From contig JAXLNO010000529.1 of the NCBI GenBank assembly GCA_038087875.1, positions 434,001 to 468,609 of the forward strand: a DNA stretch of 34,609 bases, in the 5' to 3' direction. Shown here piece after piece: positions 20,162 through 32,444 of this stretch. The notes beneath the pieces were generated by a model. The model was not told where the DNA came from and did not search any database. It was given only the letters and a program-made list of their open reading frames with translations. How positions within the stretch are numbered: the stretch's first letter is position 1; the number at the start of each line of letters is the position of its first letter. The translations under genes were made by a program, and so were the position numbers. The stretch is from Malacoraja senta (taxonomy: Eukaryota).

Positions 20162-20797
20162 TGGGGGACATGGGGGACTCTGTCCTTGTTACGAGTAGGG
20201 GGGTGAGGAGTAAGAGCAGAGGGATATAGAGGAGACTATGATAAGAGTGCTGGAGAAACTCAGCAGGTCAGGCACCATCTGGCACCAAGGATGTGATATT
20301 TTGGGTAAGTACCTTTATTCTATTCCATCCCAAAATCACTTGTTTCTCCAGAGATGCTGCCTGACCAACTCAGTCACTCCAGCAATGTGTCTATCTTTGG
20401 TATAAACCAGCATCTACAGGTCTTGGTTTCAACATTTTACATCAGCCAGATTCAATTTCAGTTATCATAAGGTTAGGGTATCATCACTTTAGTAAAGACA
20501 CATCCTTTTATTCTGACAATGTGCCCTCTGGTCCGAGACTCTCCCACTAGTAGAAACATCATTTTACTTCAGAGATACAGCACAGAAACAGCACAATTCA
20601 AATTGCACCAACAAAAAAAAAAAATTTTAAACCCTGGACAATTCAAATGACCACAATTAAAAGGAAAGGTCAGCAGAATTAATCAAAGAAGCAAACACAA
20701 TTCAGTAGAGAGCGATAGTGTTCTCACCGACCTCATGCCCGGGAGATGTAGATCCACATCAGACACAAGGGGAGACTCCCTGTCTCTACCCTGAGCT

Positions 20798-21005
20798 CTG
20801 CTCCCATCCACAGCCCAGGACCACTGCTCCCATCCACAGACCAGGACCACTGCTCCCATCCACAGCCCAGGACCACTGCTCCCATCCACAGCCCCGGACC
20901 ACTGCTCCCATCCACAGCCCCGGACCACTGCTCCCATCCACAGCCCAGGACCACTGCTCCCATCCACAGCCCAGGATCACTGCTCCCATCCACAGCCCAG
21001 GACAA
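20798..21005. repeat. 26-bp minisatellite, 8 copies
   Basis: Unit ctgctcccatccacagcccaggacca. Confidence 0.95.
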
Positions 21006-21244
21006 CTGCACTCAGACACTCCCACAACTCCCCCTTTTATACACAGCAACTGACAATTTTCTGATCAGCTTCAATCAAGCTGATTACCACATTAACCATT
21101 CGCACACCAGTGGCTAATCAATGTTTGTTGCACACATCATGATATCCACCTGGGGCAGTAGTTGTCTGCAGGACAATAATTGCCCTCCGACTTGTTGCTT
21201 TTTACACAAAGTGGCTGCTTGCATTTCCTTAAGTCAGAGACGAC

Positions 21245-21728
21245 ACACAGAAACAGAATTAGACCATTCGGCCTATCGAGTCTACCCCACCATTCAATCA
21301 TGGCTGATCTATCTCTCCCTCCTAACCCCATTCTCCTGCCTTCTCCCCATAACTCCTGACACCCGCACTCATCAACAATCTATCTATCTCTGCCTTAAAT
21401 ATATCCACTGACTTGTCGCCACCACTGCCGTCTGTGGCAATGAATCCCACAGATTCACCACCCTCTGGCTAAAGAAATTCCTCCTCATCTCCTTCCTAAA
21501 GGAAAGTCCTTTAATTCTGAGGCTGTGCCCTCTGGTCCTAGACTCTCCCACCAGTGGAAACATCCACTCCACATCCACTCTATCCGGGACTTTCACTGTT
21601 CGGTGATGTTTCAATGCCCCCCCCCCCCACCCCCCCAATCTTCTAAACTCCAGCGAGTACAGGCCCAGCGCCAACAAACGCTCATCGTACGTTAACCCAC
21701 TCATTCCTGGGATCGTTCTTGTAAACGC
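21245..21728 (-). mobile_element. CR1 3' fragment
   Basis: IPGMSGLTYDERL...SRTRGHSL...RVVNLWDSLP. Confidence 0.85.
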
Positions 21729-21814
21729 TAACCCTTTTGTGTTGCTGATGTTGAGGGATGGATTGTTATCCCGACCATAGGCGCAGGAGTGGGCCATTCG
21801 GCCCTTCAGGACAG

Positions 21815-22030
21815 AAGGTTCTCAATGTCTTTCCCATATTCTATCTCATCTCATCTTTGCTGCTCATGTGGCTGAAATACTGTTCTGACCAGTGGACGGA
21901 CGTCTCGATCCCATTGGCCTGAGACCTGGCCACAAGTTGTGGGTGGCAAGGTCATGACCCCGAGGGACATTGGTGTCAATGGTCACGGTGGAGGGAATGT
22001 TCTGACCAATTCTAACGTCTGAGAAGTGAA
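21815..22030 (-). mobile_element. Old Rex1/L2-like RT fragment
   Basis: The minus strand gives VRIGQNIPSTVTIDTNVPRG and EY(G)KDIEN, similar to Rex1 RT segments around the PQG motif. Confidence 0.45.
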
Positions 22031-22175
22031 TAGTGATGATTTGTTAATTCATCATGGCTGAAGCAGGTGGGCTCACTTCTGACTAGACTTTGCTGTGGAC
22101 ATTTAAACAGGAAAAGTAAACTTTCTTTATTAACAATGAATGACCCAGAGAAAGGAGAATGTTACTCTTGGAAGT

Positions 22176-22575
22176 TCATAGAGTCACAGCATGGAAACAG
22201 GCCCTTCCTTCGGCCCAACTTGTCCGCCCCGACCAACATGCCCCATCTACGCTAATCCCACCCCGACCAACATGCCCCATCTACACTAGTCCCACCCCGA
22301 CCAACATGCCCCATCTACATTGGTCCCACCCCGACCAACATGCCCCATCTACCCTAGTCCCACCCCGACCAACATGGCCCATCTACACTAGACCCACCCC
22401 GACCATCATGCCCCATTCTACACTAGTCCCACTTGCCCGCGTTTGGCCCATATCCCTCCAAACCTGTCCTATCCAAGTGTCTCTTAAACGTTGTGATAGT
22501 CCCTGCCTCAACTACCTCCTCCGGCAGCTCATTCCATACACCCACCACCCTCTGTGTGGAAAAGTTGCCCCTCTG
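22176..22575 (-). mobile_element. CR1 3' end with an internal ~35-bp tandem amplification
   Basis: ccccgaccaacatgccccatctacactagtccca about 6 times (22227-22431) within a CR1-type tail. Confidence 0.75.
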
Positions 22576-22652
22576 ATTGACATTATTAATGTGAACCATT
22601 GGCGCACAAATCTGCTGGTGTGAGTAATAAATGAAATGATAGATAGTAAAAA

Positions 22653-22950
22653 TACACAGTTGTGCAACGGTAGAGTTGCTGCCTCACAGCGCCAGAGACC
22701 CGGGTTCCGTCCTGAATACGGGTGCTGTCTGTACGGAGTTTGCACGTTCTCCCCGTGACCTGCGTGGGTATTCTCCGGGTGCTCCGGTTTCCTTCTGCAT
22801 TACAAAGACCTGCTGGTTTGTAGGTTAATTGGCTTCTGTAAAATTGTCCCTAATGTGTGTAGGATGGAGCAAGTGTACGGGGTGATCACTGGTCGGCGAC
22901 GACTCGATGGGCCGAAGGGCCTGTTTCCGCGCAGTATCCCTAAAATCTAA
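22653..22950 (+). mobile_element. HE1-like tRNA-derived V-SINE
   Basis: tRNA-like head, V-domain gagtttgcacgttctccccgtgacctgcgtggg...tccggtttcc, CR1-type tail. Confidence 0.85.
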
Positions 22951-23747
22951 ACAATACCCGGTGACTTGGCCTCCACCGCCCTCTGTGGCAATGAATTCCA
23001 GATTCACCACCCTCCGGCTAAAGAAATTCCTCCTCATCTCCTTTCTAAAGGCATGAGTGGGAAAGGCAGTGAGGGTGAGGGGCCAGATGTGGACATGTGG
23101 GACTAGCTTCGATAGGCATGGCTGTGTGTTTCTGTGCTGTGGGACTGATGGGGCTCAACAGGGTAGTAGTTTGATGCTTCAGCTTGCAGCAACCCAGGAG
23201 AACTGTGTTCCAGATGCTTCATTAGTTTGTTGTTCTGCACATCGACCGGGAGACGATGAAATCTCCCGTTCACACGCAGCCGCCAGAGCAAACAGTATAC
23301 ATACAGTGATGACAAACGCAATAAATACAATATCCAGTGCAGAACAGTGCAAGATTGTGTTGCAGAAAGCCCGGGGTAGCACGGACGAGAGGGGCCGAAG
23401 GGCCTGTCGCCGGGCAGGGCGACCACCGACGCTGTCCGTGTGGTGTTTGCTCGCTTCCCCCTCCGTGGTGAACCGGAAGCGGGTCGGGCAGAGGAGACAA
23501 GCTCAGCCTTCCAAGCCTCAATCCAAGCTCAGCCTTCCTCCCGCGCATCCTAGCCCCAACAGGCCGAGTGCCGCCGCCTTCCTCCCCGCACAACAACCGA
23601 GGGGAAAAACACAGACGAAACCTCTTCCAACCACCCGAATCCCTCAGGGAATGCCCCTGTCCTGTCCTGTCTTTGAAATCAAGCCGTCACAATTGTGCAC
23701 GATCAGTCAGCATTATCCTTTTTTTAAAATATATAGACAAAAGCTGA

Positions 23748-23898
23748 TCAAGTTCAAGTTGGTATTTAGTGTCACATCCACCAATTAAGGTACAGTGATA
23801 TTTGAGTTACCATACAGCCATACTGAGTAAATAGCAACAAGACACACAGCCACATAAAATAGAATCTAACATAAACATCCACACAGCGGAATCACATT
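23748..23898 (-). mobile_element. 5'-truncated copy of the 6437-7430 retroposon family
   Basis: The reverse complement matches 7285-7415 (ggatgtttat...tgtgtgtcttgttgct...accttaattggtg). Confidence 0.7.
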
Positions 23899-25041
23899 GA
23901 ATGGCGGTGCTGGCTGGAAGGGCCAAAGTTCTCACCACGGATGGCTGACCTGCTGAGTACTACCGGCACTTTGGAGGGGAATGGACAGGTGACGTGTCGG
24001 GTCTGGATCCTTCTTTGGACTGATGGAGTCGGGGGAGAAAGCTGGAAAAAAGAGATGCGGTTGGGACAGACTCCAGGACTTGATTAGGAGGGGGTGTTTC
24101 TTTAATTTGGAGAATTCAATGTTCATGTCATTGGGCTGTAAGCTATGAGGTGCTGTTCCTCCAGTTTGCGTGTCACCTCACTCTGGCAATGGAGGAGGCC
24201 CAGGACAGAAACATCATTGTGGGAGTAGAAAGGGGAGTTAAAAATGGTTGGGAACCGGGAGATCCAGTTCTGACCTTCTCCATAATTATATTGAAACTAA
24301 TGGTATTGTGATCGCTGGACCCGAAGTGCTCCCCAACACATACCTCCGTCAACTGACCTGTCTCATTTCCTAACAGGAGGTCCAGCACTGCCCCTTCTCT
24401 AGTTGGTACCTCTATGTATTGCTGCATAAATCTATCCTGCACACATTTTACAAACTCCAAACCATCCAGCCCTTTTACAGAATATGTTTCCCAGTCTATG
24501 TGGCCCGTTAATCCCTACTCTGTGTTTCCTGTCTGCCAACCAATTTTCTATCCGTGTCAGCACTCTACCCCCAATGCCCTTTGCCCTAAATTTGCCCACT
24601 AATCTCGTATGTGGGACCTTATCAAATGCTTTCTGAAAGTCCAGGTACACTACATCCACTGGCTCTCCCTGGTCCATTTTCCTAGTTACAGCCTCAAAAA
24701 ATTCCAGAAGATTAGTCAAGCATGATTTCCCCTTCGTAAATCCATGCTGACTTGGACCGATCCTGTTACTGCTATCCAAATGTTCGGCTATCTCATCTTT
24801 TATAATTGACTCCAGCATCTTCCCCACCACCGATGTCAGGCTAACTGGTCTATAATTCCATGTTTTCTCTCTCCCGCCTTTCTTAAAAAGTGGGATAACA
24901 TTAGCTACCCTCCAATCCACAGCAACTGATCCTGAATCTATGGAATATTGGAAAATGATCTCCAATGTGTCCACAATTTCTAGAGCCACTTCCTTAAGTA
25001 CTCTGGGATGCAGACTATCAGGCCCAGGGGATTTATCATCC

Positions 25042-27266
25042 CAGGGCTCGAAATTAGAGGTTGCCCGGGTGCCACTGACCACTCAAAGCGCCGCCGGGCA
25101 ACATAAACACCGAGTTATTTTGCCCGGCTTGGCAACCAGATACTGGTTTGTACCAAAGATAGACACAAAAAACTGGAGTAACTCCGCGGGTCAGGCAGCA
25201 TCTCTGGAGAAAAGGAACGCGATGTTTTGTGGTGGCGGCGGCGGCCGTGCGGGGCAAAGATACGAGGTGCGGGGTGACGAAGGGTCGGAGCGAATGACGG
25301 GCCCCGAATTGCGACAGCAGCGGCTCCATCTCCTCCTCCTCCCGTTCCACGCCCGCCCTGATAAGGGCCGCTCCTTGTAAATCCGCTAACGGCGATAACC
25401 GCTTTCAAAACAAACCCTCCCGCACGCCGAGGCCGGGAGGGAGAGGCCTCGGAGTGCGGGAGGGTTTGTTTTGCGCCGATACCGGATTTACAAGCAGAGG
25501 CCCTGATCAGGGTGGGCGGGGTGCGGAAGGAGGAGATGGAGCCGCCGTCGCGGCCGCTGCTGCCGTTCTTCGGGGCCCGTCATTCGCTCCGACTTGTTTG
25601 AAGCAGCTGCACCAAAGATCTTATAGGTATAGGGTCTCTGAGCTGCACCTTGCTGTTGGTTGGCGGAGGAGGGGAGTTCCCAACGGCCAAGGCTGCGGGG
25701 CGATGTTGTCCGAGGAGCGCTGACCTTAGTGCCTCCCCACCTCGCCCCCCTCTCCCTTGTACACCCCTCCACCACCTTATCCTGGGACCCCCTCTACTCC
25801 ATCCCGCACTGATCCCCATTCCCTCCTCTATTCAGTCCTCACTGACATCCCCTGTGCTCCCCTCCACATCTACCCCCCCCCCATCTATTCATCCTGCGCT
25901 GATCACCCTATCCACCTCGCATTGATTCTCCTGCCACACCCCCCCATCCATACTACACTGGTTCCCCAATTCACCCTGTACTTACCCCTTTCCCATCCAT
26001 CCTGCACTTCACCTCCATCCATCCTGTACTGATCTGGCATCCATCCTGTACTAATCCACGCATTCATCCCGTACTGACCCACCCTCCATTTACCCTGCAC
26101 CTTCCCCCTTCCCCTCATTCATCCTGTAGTGATCCCCCATTCATCCTGCTCACCCTCCGATCCACACTGTACTGACCCCCCCCCCCATTCATCCTGCGTT
26201 GATCGCCCCCCATTCATCCTGCGCTGATCTCCCCCCCATCCATCCTGTACTGATCCTCCCACTCAAGAAGAATGGGGGGAAGTCTGAAGAAGGGTCTCGA
26301 CCTGAAACGTAGCCTATTTCCTTCGCTCCATAGATGCTGCCTCACCCGCTGAGTTTCTCCAGCACTTTTGTCTACCCCCATCCATCCCGCACTGAACCCC
26401 CCCCATTCAACACCACTGACATCCCCGGTGCTCTCCCCTCACAATTTTACCAACTCCAACCAACATGTACTAATTCACCTGCCTCAATCCATCCATTCTG
26501 CACCAACTGCCTTCTAACCCCCCCCCCCCCCCCACCTATCCACCCCGCACTGATTCACACACACACCCCTCCCTGACCCTATTGTGCTGGAAATGTCTTC
26601 AGAGCGAACATTGACTATGTTTGATAACGGAATGCAATCAAATGTGTTTTAATTCCCAATGTTATTATTTGTTTTAATCCATCAAGATGGATTAATTAAA
26701 TTGTGAACACGTGAAACATTACAACCGCAGTGTTCGATTGTCACTGCTACCGTTGACACGTTATTACAGAATTCATTTTAACGGCAAATCAATGCTCTTA
26801 ATATGGAGTATCAGTACTGTAGTTATTTAATGAGCAACATTCATAACTATACGTACGCATATATGTTACCATGGTCCAGGATTTATTGACACAGGTTGAT
26901 AATACGCTGAATAATCCAACCACATTTTTGTTTGGAAGTGGAAAGAACTAATAGTAATTGCATTAATTGCAATGTGTAAAAAGAGTTGAGATACTGTCTT
27001 ATAATTTTGCTGCATGTCATTGTGGGATATATCATGTCTTGATTGGTGAATATGTTTAGTTTGTGACTTTATTTGAAGCAGAAATAATATGTGAATGCTT
27101 CATTGAGTATAATTCCGACTGGTAACTACGCACTTCGTCTGAGCACATTATCGCACGCGTCATGCAAGCCATCTTAAATGACCACCTAAACTGTCTTTTG
27201 GCAACCTAAAAAGCTGCAAAGGTTGCCCGGCTGGCAACGGGGAAAAAAAGTTAAGCGAGAGCCCTG
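25042..27266. mobile_element. Non-autonomous DNA transposon, hAT-like termini, 5-bp TSD
   Basis: Ends CAGGGCTC...GAGCCCTG; CATCC duplicated at 25037-25041 and 27267-27271; subterminal GGCAAC/GTTGCC motifs at both ends; removing it restores the CR1 frame. Confidence 0.85.
25730..26580. repeat. C-rich degenerate repeat
   Basis: Recurring catccatcctgtactgatccccc-like units. Confidence 0.7.
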
Positions 27267-27519
27267 CATCCTTCAGTCCCATCAGTCTATCCAACACCAT
27301 TTCCTGCCTAATGTGGATTTCCTTCAGTTCCTCCGTCACCCCAGATCCTCTGGCCACTAGTACATCAGGAAGATTGTTTGTGTCCTCCTTAGTGAAGATG
27401 GATCCAAAGTACCTGTTCAACTCATCTGCCATTTCCTTGTTCCCCATAATAAATTCACCTTTTTCAGTCCTCAAGAGTCCAACTTTGGTCTTAACTAATG
27501 TTTTCCTCTTCACGTACGT

Positions 27520-28475
27520 AAAGAAGGAACAGCAGATGCCGGTTTACAAAGAGAGAGTAACTTGCACATCTGGAGAGCATGGACAGGCAACATTCTAGGT
27601 CAGGACCCTTCTTCAGACTGCTTGGTGTGGGGGGTGGAGAAAGTTGGAAAGGAGAGGAGGGAGTGGTCGCCTTAGATTCCCTTCCCTCTACGGATGCAGC
27701 CTGACCTACTGAGTCCCTCCACTGCTTTAGAGGGAAATGACAGACGACGTTTTGAGTCAGGACCCTTCTTCAGGCTGAGTGGAGAGGGTGGGGGGAGGAA
27801 GCTGGAAAAGAGATGGGGGCTGGACAAAGCCTGGCAAGTGACAGGTGGACAGAAAATTCTGGAGTAACTCAGCGGGACAGGCAGCATCTCTAGAGAGAAG
27901 GAATGGGTGATGTTTCAGATTGAGACCCTTCTTCAGAAGTGATAGGTAGATATAGGTGAGGGAGACACAAGATACTGCAGATGCTGGAATCTTGCATAGA
28001 ACACAATTTAGTTAGGTGCACAGAATCTCTTGCCCAGAGTGGGGGGATCGAGGATCAGAGGACATGAGTTCAAGGTGAAGGGGAAAAGATTTAAAAGGAA
28101 ACTGAGGGGTAACTTGTTCACACAGAGGGTGGTGGCAGTATGGAACAAACTGTCAGAGGAGGTAGTTGAGGCTGTGACTATCCCAAGAAACAGTTAGACA
28201 GTTACATGGATAGGACAAGTTTGGAAGGATATGGACCAAACACAGGCAGGTGGGTCTAGTGTAGCTGGGACATGTTAGTCGGTGTGGACAAGTTGGGCCG
28301 AAGGGCCTGTTTCCACACTGTATCACTCTATGACTAACGCAGAGTGCTGGAGTAACTCAGCGGGTCAGGCAGCATCTACAGAGCGAAGGAATGGGTGATG
28401 TTTCAGGTCGACACTGAAGATGGGTCTCGACCCTGAAACGTTACCCATTCCTCCCAGCATTTTGTGTCTACCTAA
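27520..28475. repeat. Cluster of Penelope-type terminal fragments plus a CR1 3' end (28010-28335, +)
   Basis: Repeated gacccttcttcag and ctggagtaactcagcggg motifs; CR1 tail gggccgaagggcctgtttcc...ctctatgact. Confidence 0.6.
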
Positions 28476-28695
28476 ACAGCCCCTATCTATCCACGTGCGG
28501 TGTGCCAGCAGGCTGGAGGAGCGGGCAAAGATCTTGCTGCAGAGCAGGCAGGTGAAGGGGCACTGGCCGGTGTGGACTCGTCGGTGCTCCAGCAGGTGGT
28601 CAAGGCGGGTGAAACCCTTGCCAAACTCAGCGCACACATAAGGTCTCTCTCCGGTGTATAACCGCTGGTGCTCCCGCAGCCCCCGTGCTCTCTTG

Positions 28696-30426
28696 TCACA
28701 GTGGGAGAAGCTGCTCGCCGGCGTGGGTCCGCCGGTGCTGCCGCAACCCCCACGAGCTGTCAAAGTCCTCACCGCAGTACGGGCAGTCGAAGGGCTGGCC
28801 ACTGGTGTGCACGCACTGGTGAGACAGGGCGCGGGAGGCCATGGTAAAGCGCTCTCCACACACCGGGCTGGGGACGGGACGGTCGCCGGTGTGCACCCGC
28901 TGGTGGGACAGCAGTCTGGTGGAGCTGGCGAAGCCCTTGCCGCATTGGGCGCAGGTGTATGGGTGCTCGCCGGTGTGGGTGCGCTGGTGGGACCGCAGGC
29001 TGCTGGAGCGGGTGAAACCCTTGCCGCACTGGACGCAGGTGTAGGGGCGCTCGCCGGTGTGGGTGCGCTGGTGCGTCAGCAGGGTGCCGGAGAGGGCGAA
29101 ACCCTTGCCGCACTGGGCGCAGGTGAAGGGGCGCTCGCCGGTGTGGGTGCGCTGGTGGGACAGCAGGTAGCTGGAGCAGATGAAGCCCTTGTCGCAGTAG
29201 CTGCAGGTGTAGGGACGCTCGCCGGTGTGGGTGCGCTGGTGGGACCGCAGGCTGCTGGAGCGGATGAAACCCTTGCCGCACTGGACGCAGGTATAGGGGC
29301 GCTCGCCAGTGTGGGTGCGCTGGTGCCTCAGCAGGGTGCCGGAGAGGGCGAAACACTTGCCGCACTGGGCGCAGGTGTAGGGGCGCTCGCCAGTGTGGGT
29401 GCGCTGGTGCCTCAGCAGGGTGCCGGAGAGGGCGAAACCCTTGCCGCACTGGGCGCAGGTGAAGGGGCGCTCGCCGGTGTGGGTGCGCTGGTGGGACAGC
29501 AGGTGGCTGGACCAGATGAAGCCCTTGTCGCAGTAGCTGCAGGTGTAGGGACGCTCGCCGGTGTGGGTGCGCTGGTGGGACAGCAGGTGGCTGGAGCAGA
29601 TGAAGCCCTTGCCGCAGTAGCTGCAGGTGTAGGGACACTCGCCGGTGTGGGTGCGCTGGTGGGACCGCAGGCTGCTGGAGCTGGTGAAACCCTTGCCGCA
29701 CTGGACGCAGGTGTAGGGGCGCTCGCCGGTGTGGGTGCGCTGGTGCATCAGCAGGGTGCCGGAGAAGGAGAAACCCTTGCCGCACTGGGCGCAGGTGAAG
29801 GGGCGCTCGCCGGTGTGGGTGCGCTGGTGTGACAGCAGGTGACTGGTCTGGGTGAAGCCCTTGCCACACTGGACGCAGGTGTAGGGGCGCTCGCCGGTGT
29901 GGGTGCGCTGGTGCCTCAGCAGTCTGCCGTAGAGGGTGAAGCCCTTGCCGCAGTAGCTGCAGGTGTAGGAGCGCTCGCCGGTGTGGGTGCGCTGGTGGGA
30001 CAGCAGTTTGCTGGAGAGGGCGAAACCCTTGCCGCACTGGACGCAGGTGTAGGGCCGCTCCCCGGTGTGCACACGCCTGTGCACCTTCAGGTCCAACGAC
30101 GACTTGAAGCCTTTGCCGCAGTTGGAGCAGGTGAAGGGACGCTCACTGCTGTGCACCCGCCGGTGGTTCCTCAGCCCCGACAACTGGGCAAAGTTCTTGC
30201 CGCAGGTGCCGCAGCAATAGGGCTTCTCGCCAGTGTGAACCCGCTGGTGCATCTTCAGCTGTTTCGCCATCTTGAAGCTCTTGTCGCACTCCGAGCCGTC
30301 GAAGGGGCGTTCTCCCATGTGCACCCGCCGGTGGATGTCCAGCCGGCTCGGGCACCGCCAGGCCTTGCCACACACGTCACACTCATAACGCTTCTCCTTG
30401 TTGTGCCCCGTCATGTGGTCCCCCAT
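28696..30426 (-). CDS. Tandem C2H2 zinc-finger protein (20 finger units, 18 canonical), no KRAB/SCAN/BTB domain
   Basis: 576-aa ORF of CX2CX12HX3H units with TGERP(Y/F) linkers. Units 2 and 19 lack the first Cys. Strong acceptor ctctgtgtttccctcctgcAG just upstream (exon begins at 30554). Confidence 0.93.
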   Translation of the reverse strand: MGDHMTGHNKEKRYECDVCGKAWRCPSRLDIHRRVHMGERPFDGSECDKSFKMAKQLKMHQRVHTGEKPYCCGTCGKNFAQLSGLRNHRRVHSSERPFTCSNCGKGFKSSLDLKVHRRVHTGERPYTCVQCGKGFALSSKLLSHQRTHTGERSYTCSYCGKGFTLYGRLLRHQRTHTGERPYTCVQCGKGFTQTSHLLSHQRTHTGERPFTCAQCGKGFSFSGTLLMHQRTHTGERPYTCVQCGKGFTSSSSLRSHQRTHTGECPYTCSYCGKGFICSSHLLSHQRTHTGERPYTCSYCDKGFIWSSHLLSHQRTHTGERPFTCAQCGKGFALSGTLLRHQRTHTGERPYTCAQCGKCFALSGTLLRHQRTHTGERPYTCVQCGKGFIRSSSLRSHQRTHTGERPYTCSYCDKGFICSSYLLSHQRTHTGERPFTCAQCGKGFALSGTLLTHQRTHTGERPYTCVQCGKGFTRSSSLRSHQRTHTGEHPYTCAQCGKGFASSTRLLSHQRVHTGDRPVPSPVCGERFTMASRALSHQCVHTSGQPFDCPYCGEDFDSSWGLRQHRRTHAGEQLLPL

Positions 30427-30654
30427 CGAATCTCAGCCCCTCGAAGCTCAGCCCACACCGAGCAGATGGGGGAACGGGGCTCACCGGCACCCTGGCCGCC
30501 CTCAATGGCCGCTCACGTCCCTGTCTCTCCGTCCACAGCAACGGCTCCTAAACCCTGCAGGAGGGAAACACAGAGGGTCAACAAGCTGGCAAACAGGATA
30601 TTACTAGCACATATTGGGTGCATTTATCGCGGAGGAAACCGTTATATAATTCTG

Positions 30655-31056
<402 letters not shown>

Positions 31057-31157
31057 AGAAGCAATTCTGTTCCTCAGACTTTTATTAATACATTTTAGGT
31101 ATGTACTTTTGTAGCAAACTTAACTACCTAGGCATTTACTTTTAATTTCTATTGCAC

Positions 31158-32083
31158 TATTGCGGATGACACAAAGCTGGGTGGCAGTGTGAACTGTGAA
31201 GAGGATGTTAGGAGGTTGCAGGGTGACCTGGACAGGTTGAGTGAGTGGGCAGATGCGTGGCAGATGCAGTATAATATAGATAAATGTGAGGTTATCCACT
31301 TTCGCGGCAAAAACAAGGGGGCAGATTATTATCTCAATGTGGTTAGGTTAGGTAAGGGGGAGGTACAGCGAGACCTGGGTGTCCTTGTACACCGGTCACT
31401 GAAAGTTGGCGTGCAGGTACAGCAGGCAGTGAAGAAAGCTAATGGAATGTTGGCCTTCATAACAAGAGGATTTGAGTATAGGAGTAAAGAGGTTCTTCTG
31501 CAGTTGTATAGGGCTCTGGTGAGACCACATCTGGAGTATTGTGTGCAGTTTTGGTCTCCTAATTTGAGGAAGGACATCCTTGTGATTCAGGCAGTGCAGC
31601 GTAGGTTCACGAGATTGATCCCTGGGATGGCGGGACTGTCATATGAGGAAAGATTGAAAAGACTAGGCTTGTATTCACTGGAGTTTTGAAGGATGAGGGG
31701 GTATCTTATGGAAACATATAAAATTATAAAAGGACTGAACAAGCTAGATGCAGGAAACATGTTCCCAATGTTGGGCGAGTCCAGAACCAGGGGCCACAGT
31801 CTTAGAATAAAGGGGAGGTCATTTAAGACTGAGGTGAGAAAAAAAGTTTTCACCCAGAGAGTTGTGAATTTATGGAATTCCCTGACACAGTGGGCAGTGG
31901 AGGCCAAATCACTGGATGGATTTAAGAGAGAGTTAGATAGAGCTCTAGGGGCCAGTGGAATCAAGGGATATGCGGAGAAGGCAGGCACGGGTTATTGATT
32001 GGGGACGATCAGCCATGATCACAATGAATGGCTCGAAGGGCCAAATGGCCTCCTCCTGCACCTATTTTCTATGGTTTCTATGC
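31158..32083 (+). mobile_element. 5'-truncated CR1 in the ZNF intron
   Basis: From ADDTKLGG to the 3' UTR; one internal stop at 31687-31689. Confidence 0.92.
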
Positions 32084-32444
32084 ACATGATGGGGTTTTTT
32101 GTCATAATTTAGCCATTTAGCTCATACCTGTGGCCTTAGTTTAATACATTTTGGAATAATGCTTTTATAATTTTTACTTAATTCAATGGAACTTTAATTT
32201 TGTCATGGTCCTTTCTGCCATTTAGTTTTCTTTTAGCATAATGAATTATGGTTTTTATTTCAAGAATAAACATTAGCACAGAAACAACCGTTAGACTCAA
32301 AACTTTATGGACATGGGTTTAAAAGGCAGCCTGAGGATTCATGTGGTTCTTATGAAATGCCAACTTGTGTAATGTCATCACAGCAGATTTAGAATTATTT
32401 TACCGAGGGGTCGGGGTCGGATGTTTTTGGAACGTCTCCACAGC

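Larger units (their letters stand above)
24265..27520 (-). mobile_element. CR1 internal fragments, one split by a DNA transposon
   Basis: EN fragment 24265-24500; RT fragment 24500-25041 (DKSPGPD...LDFQKAFD) continues at 27267-27520 (LDRLMGLK). Confidence 0.88.

Noticed and set aside
22653..22730. tRNA gene
   Set aside because: tRNA-derived SINE head continuing into a V-domain and LINE tail; no intact cloverleaf.
23057..23788. 243-aa ORF
   Set aside because: Crosses unrelated repeat fragments; no domain motif or splice support.
26580..27200. Transposase remnant within the DNA transposon
   Set aside because: AT-rich, with no ORF or recognisable DDE or hAT dimerisation motif.
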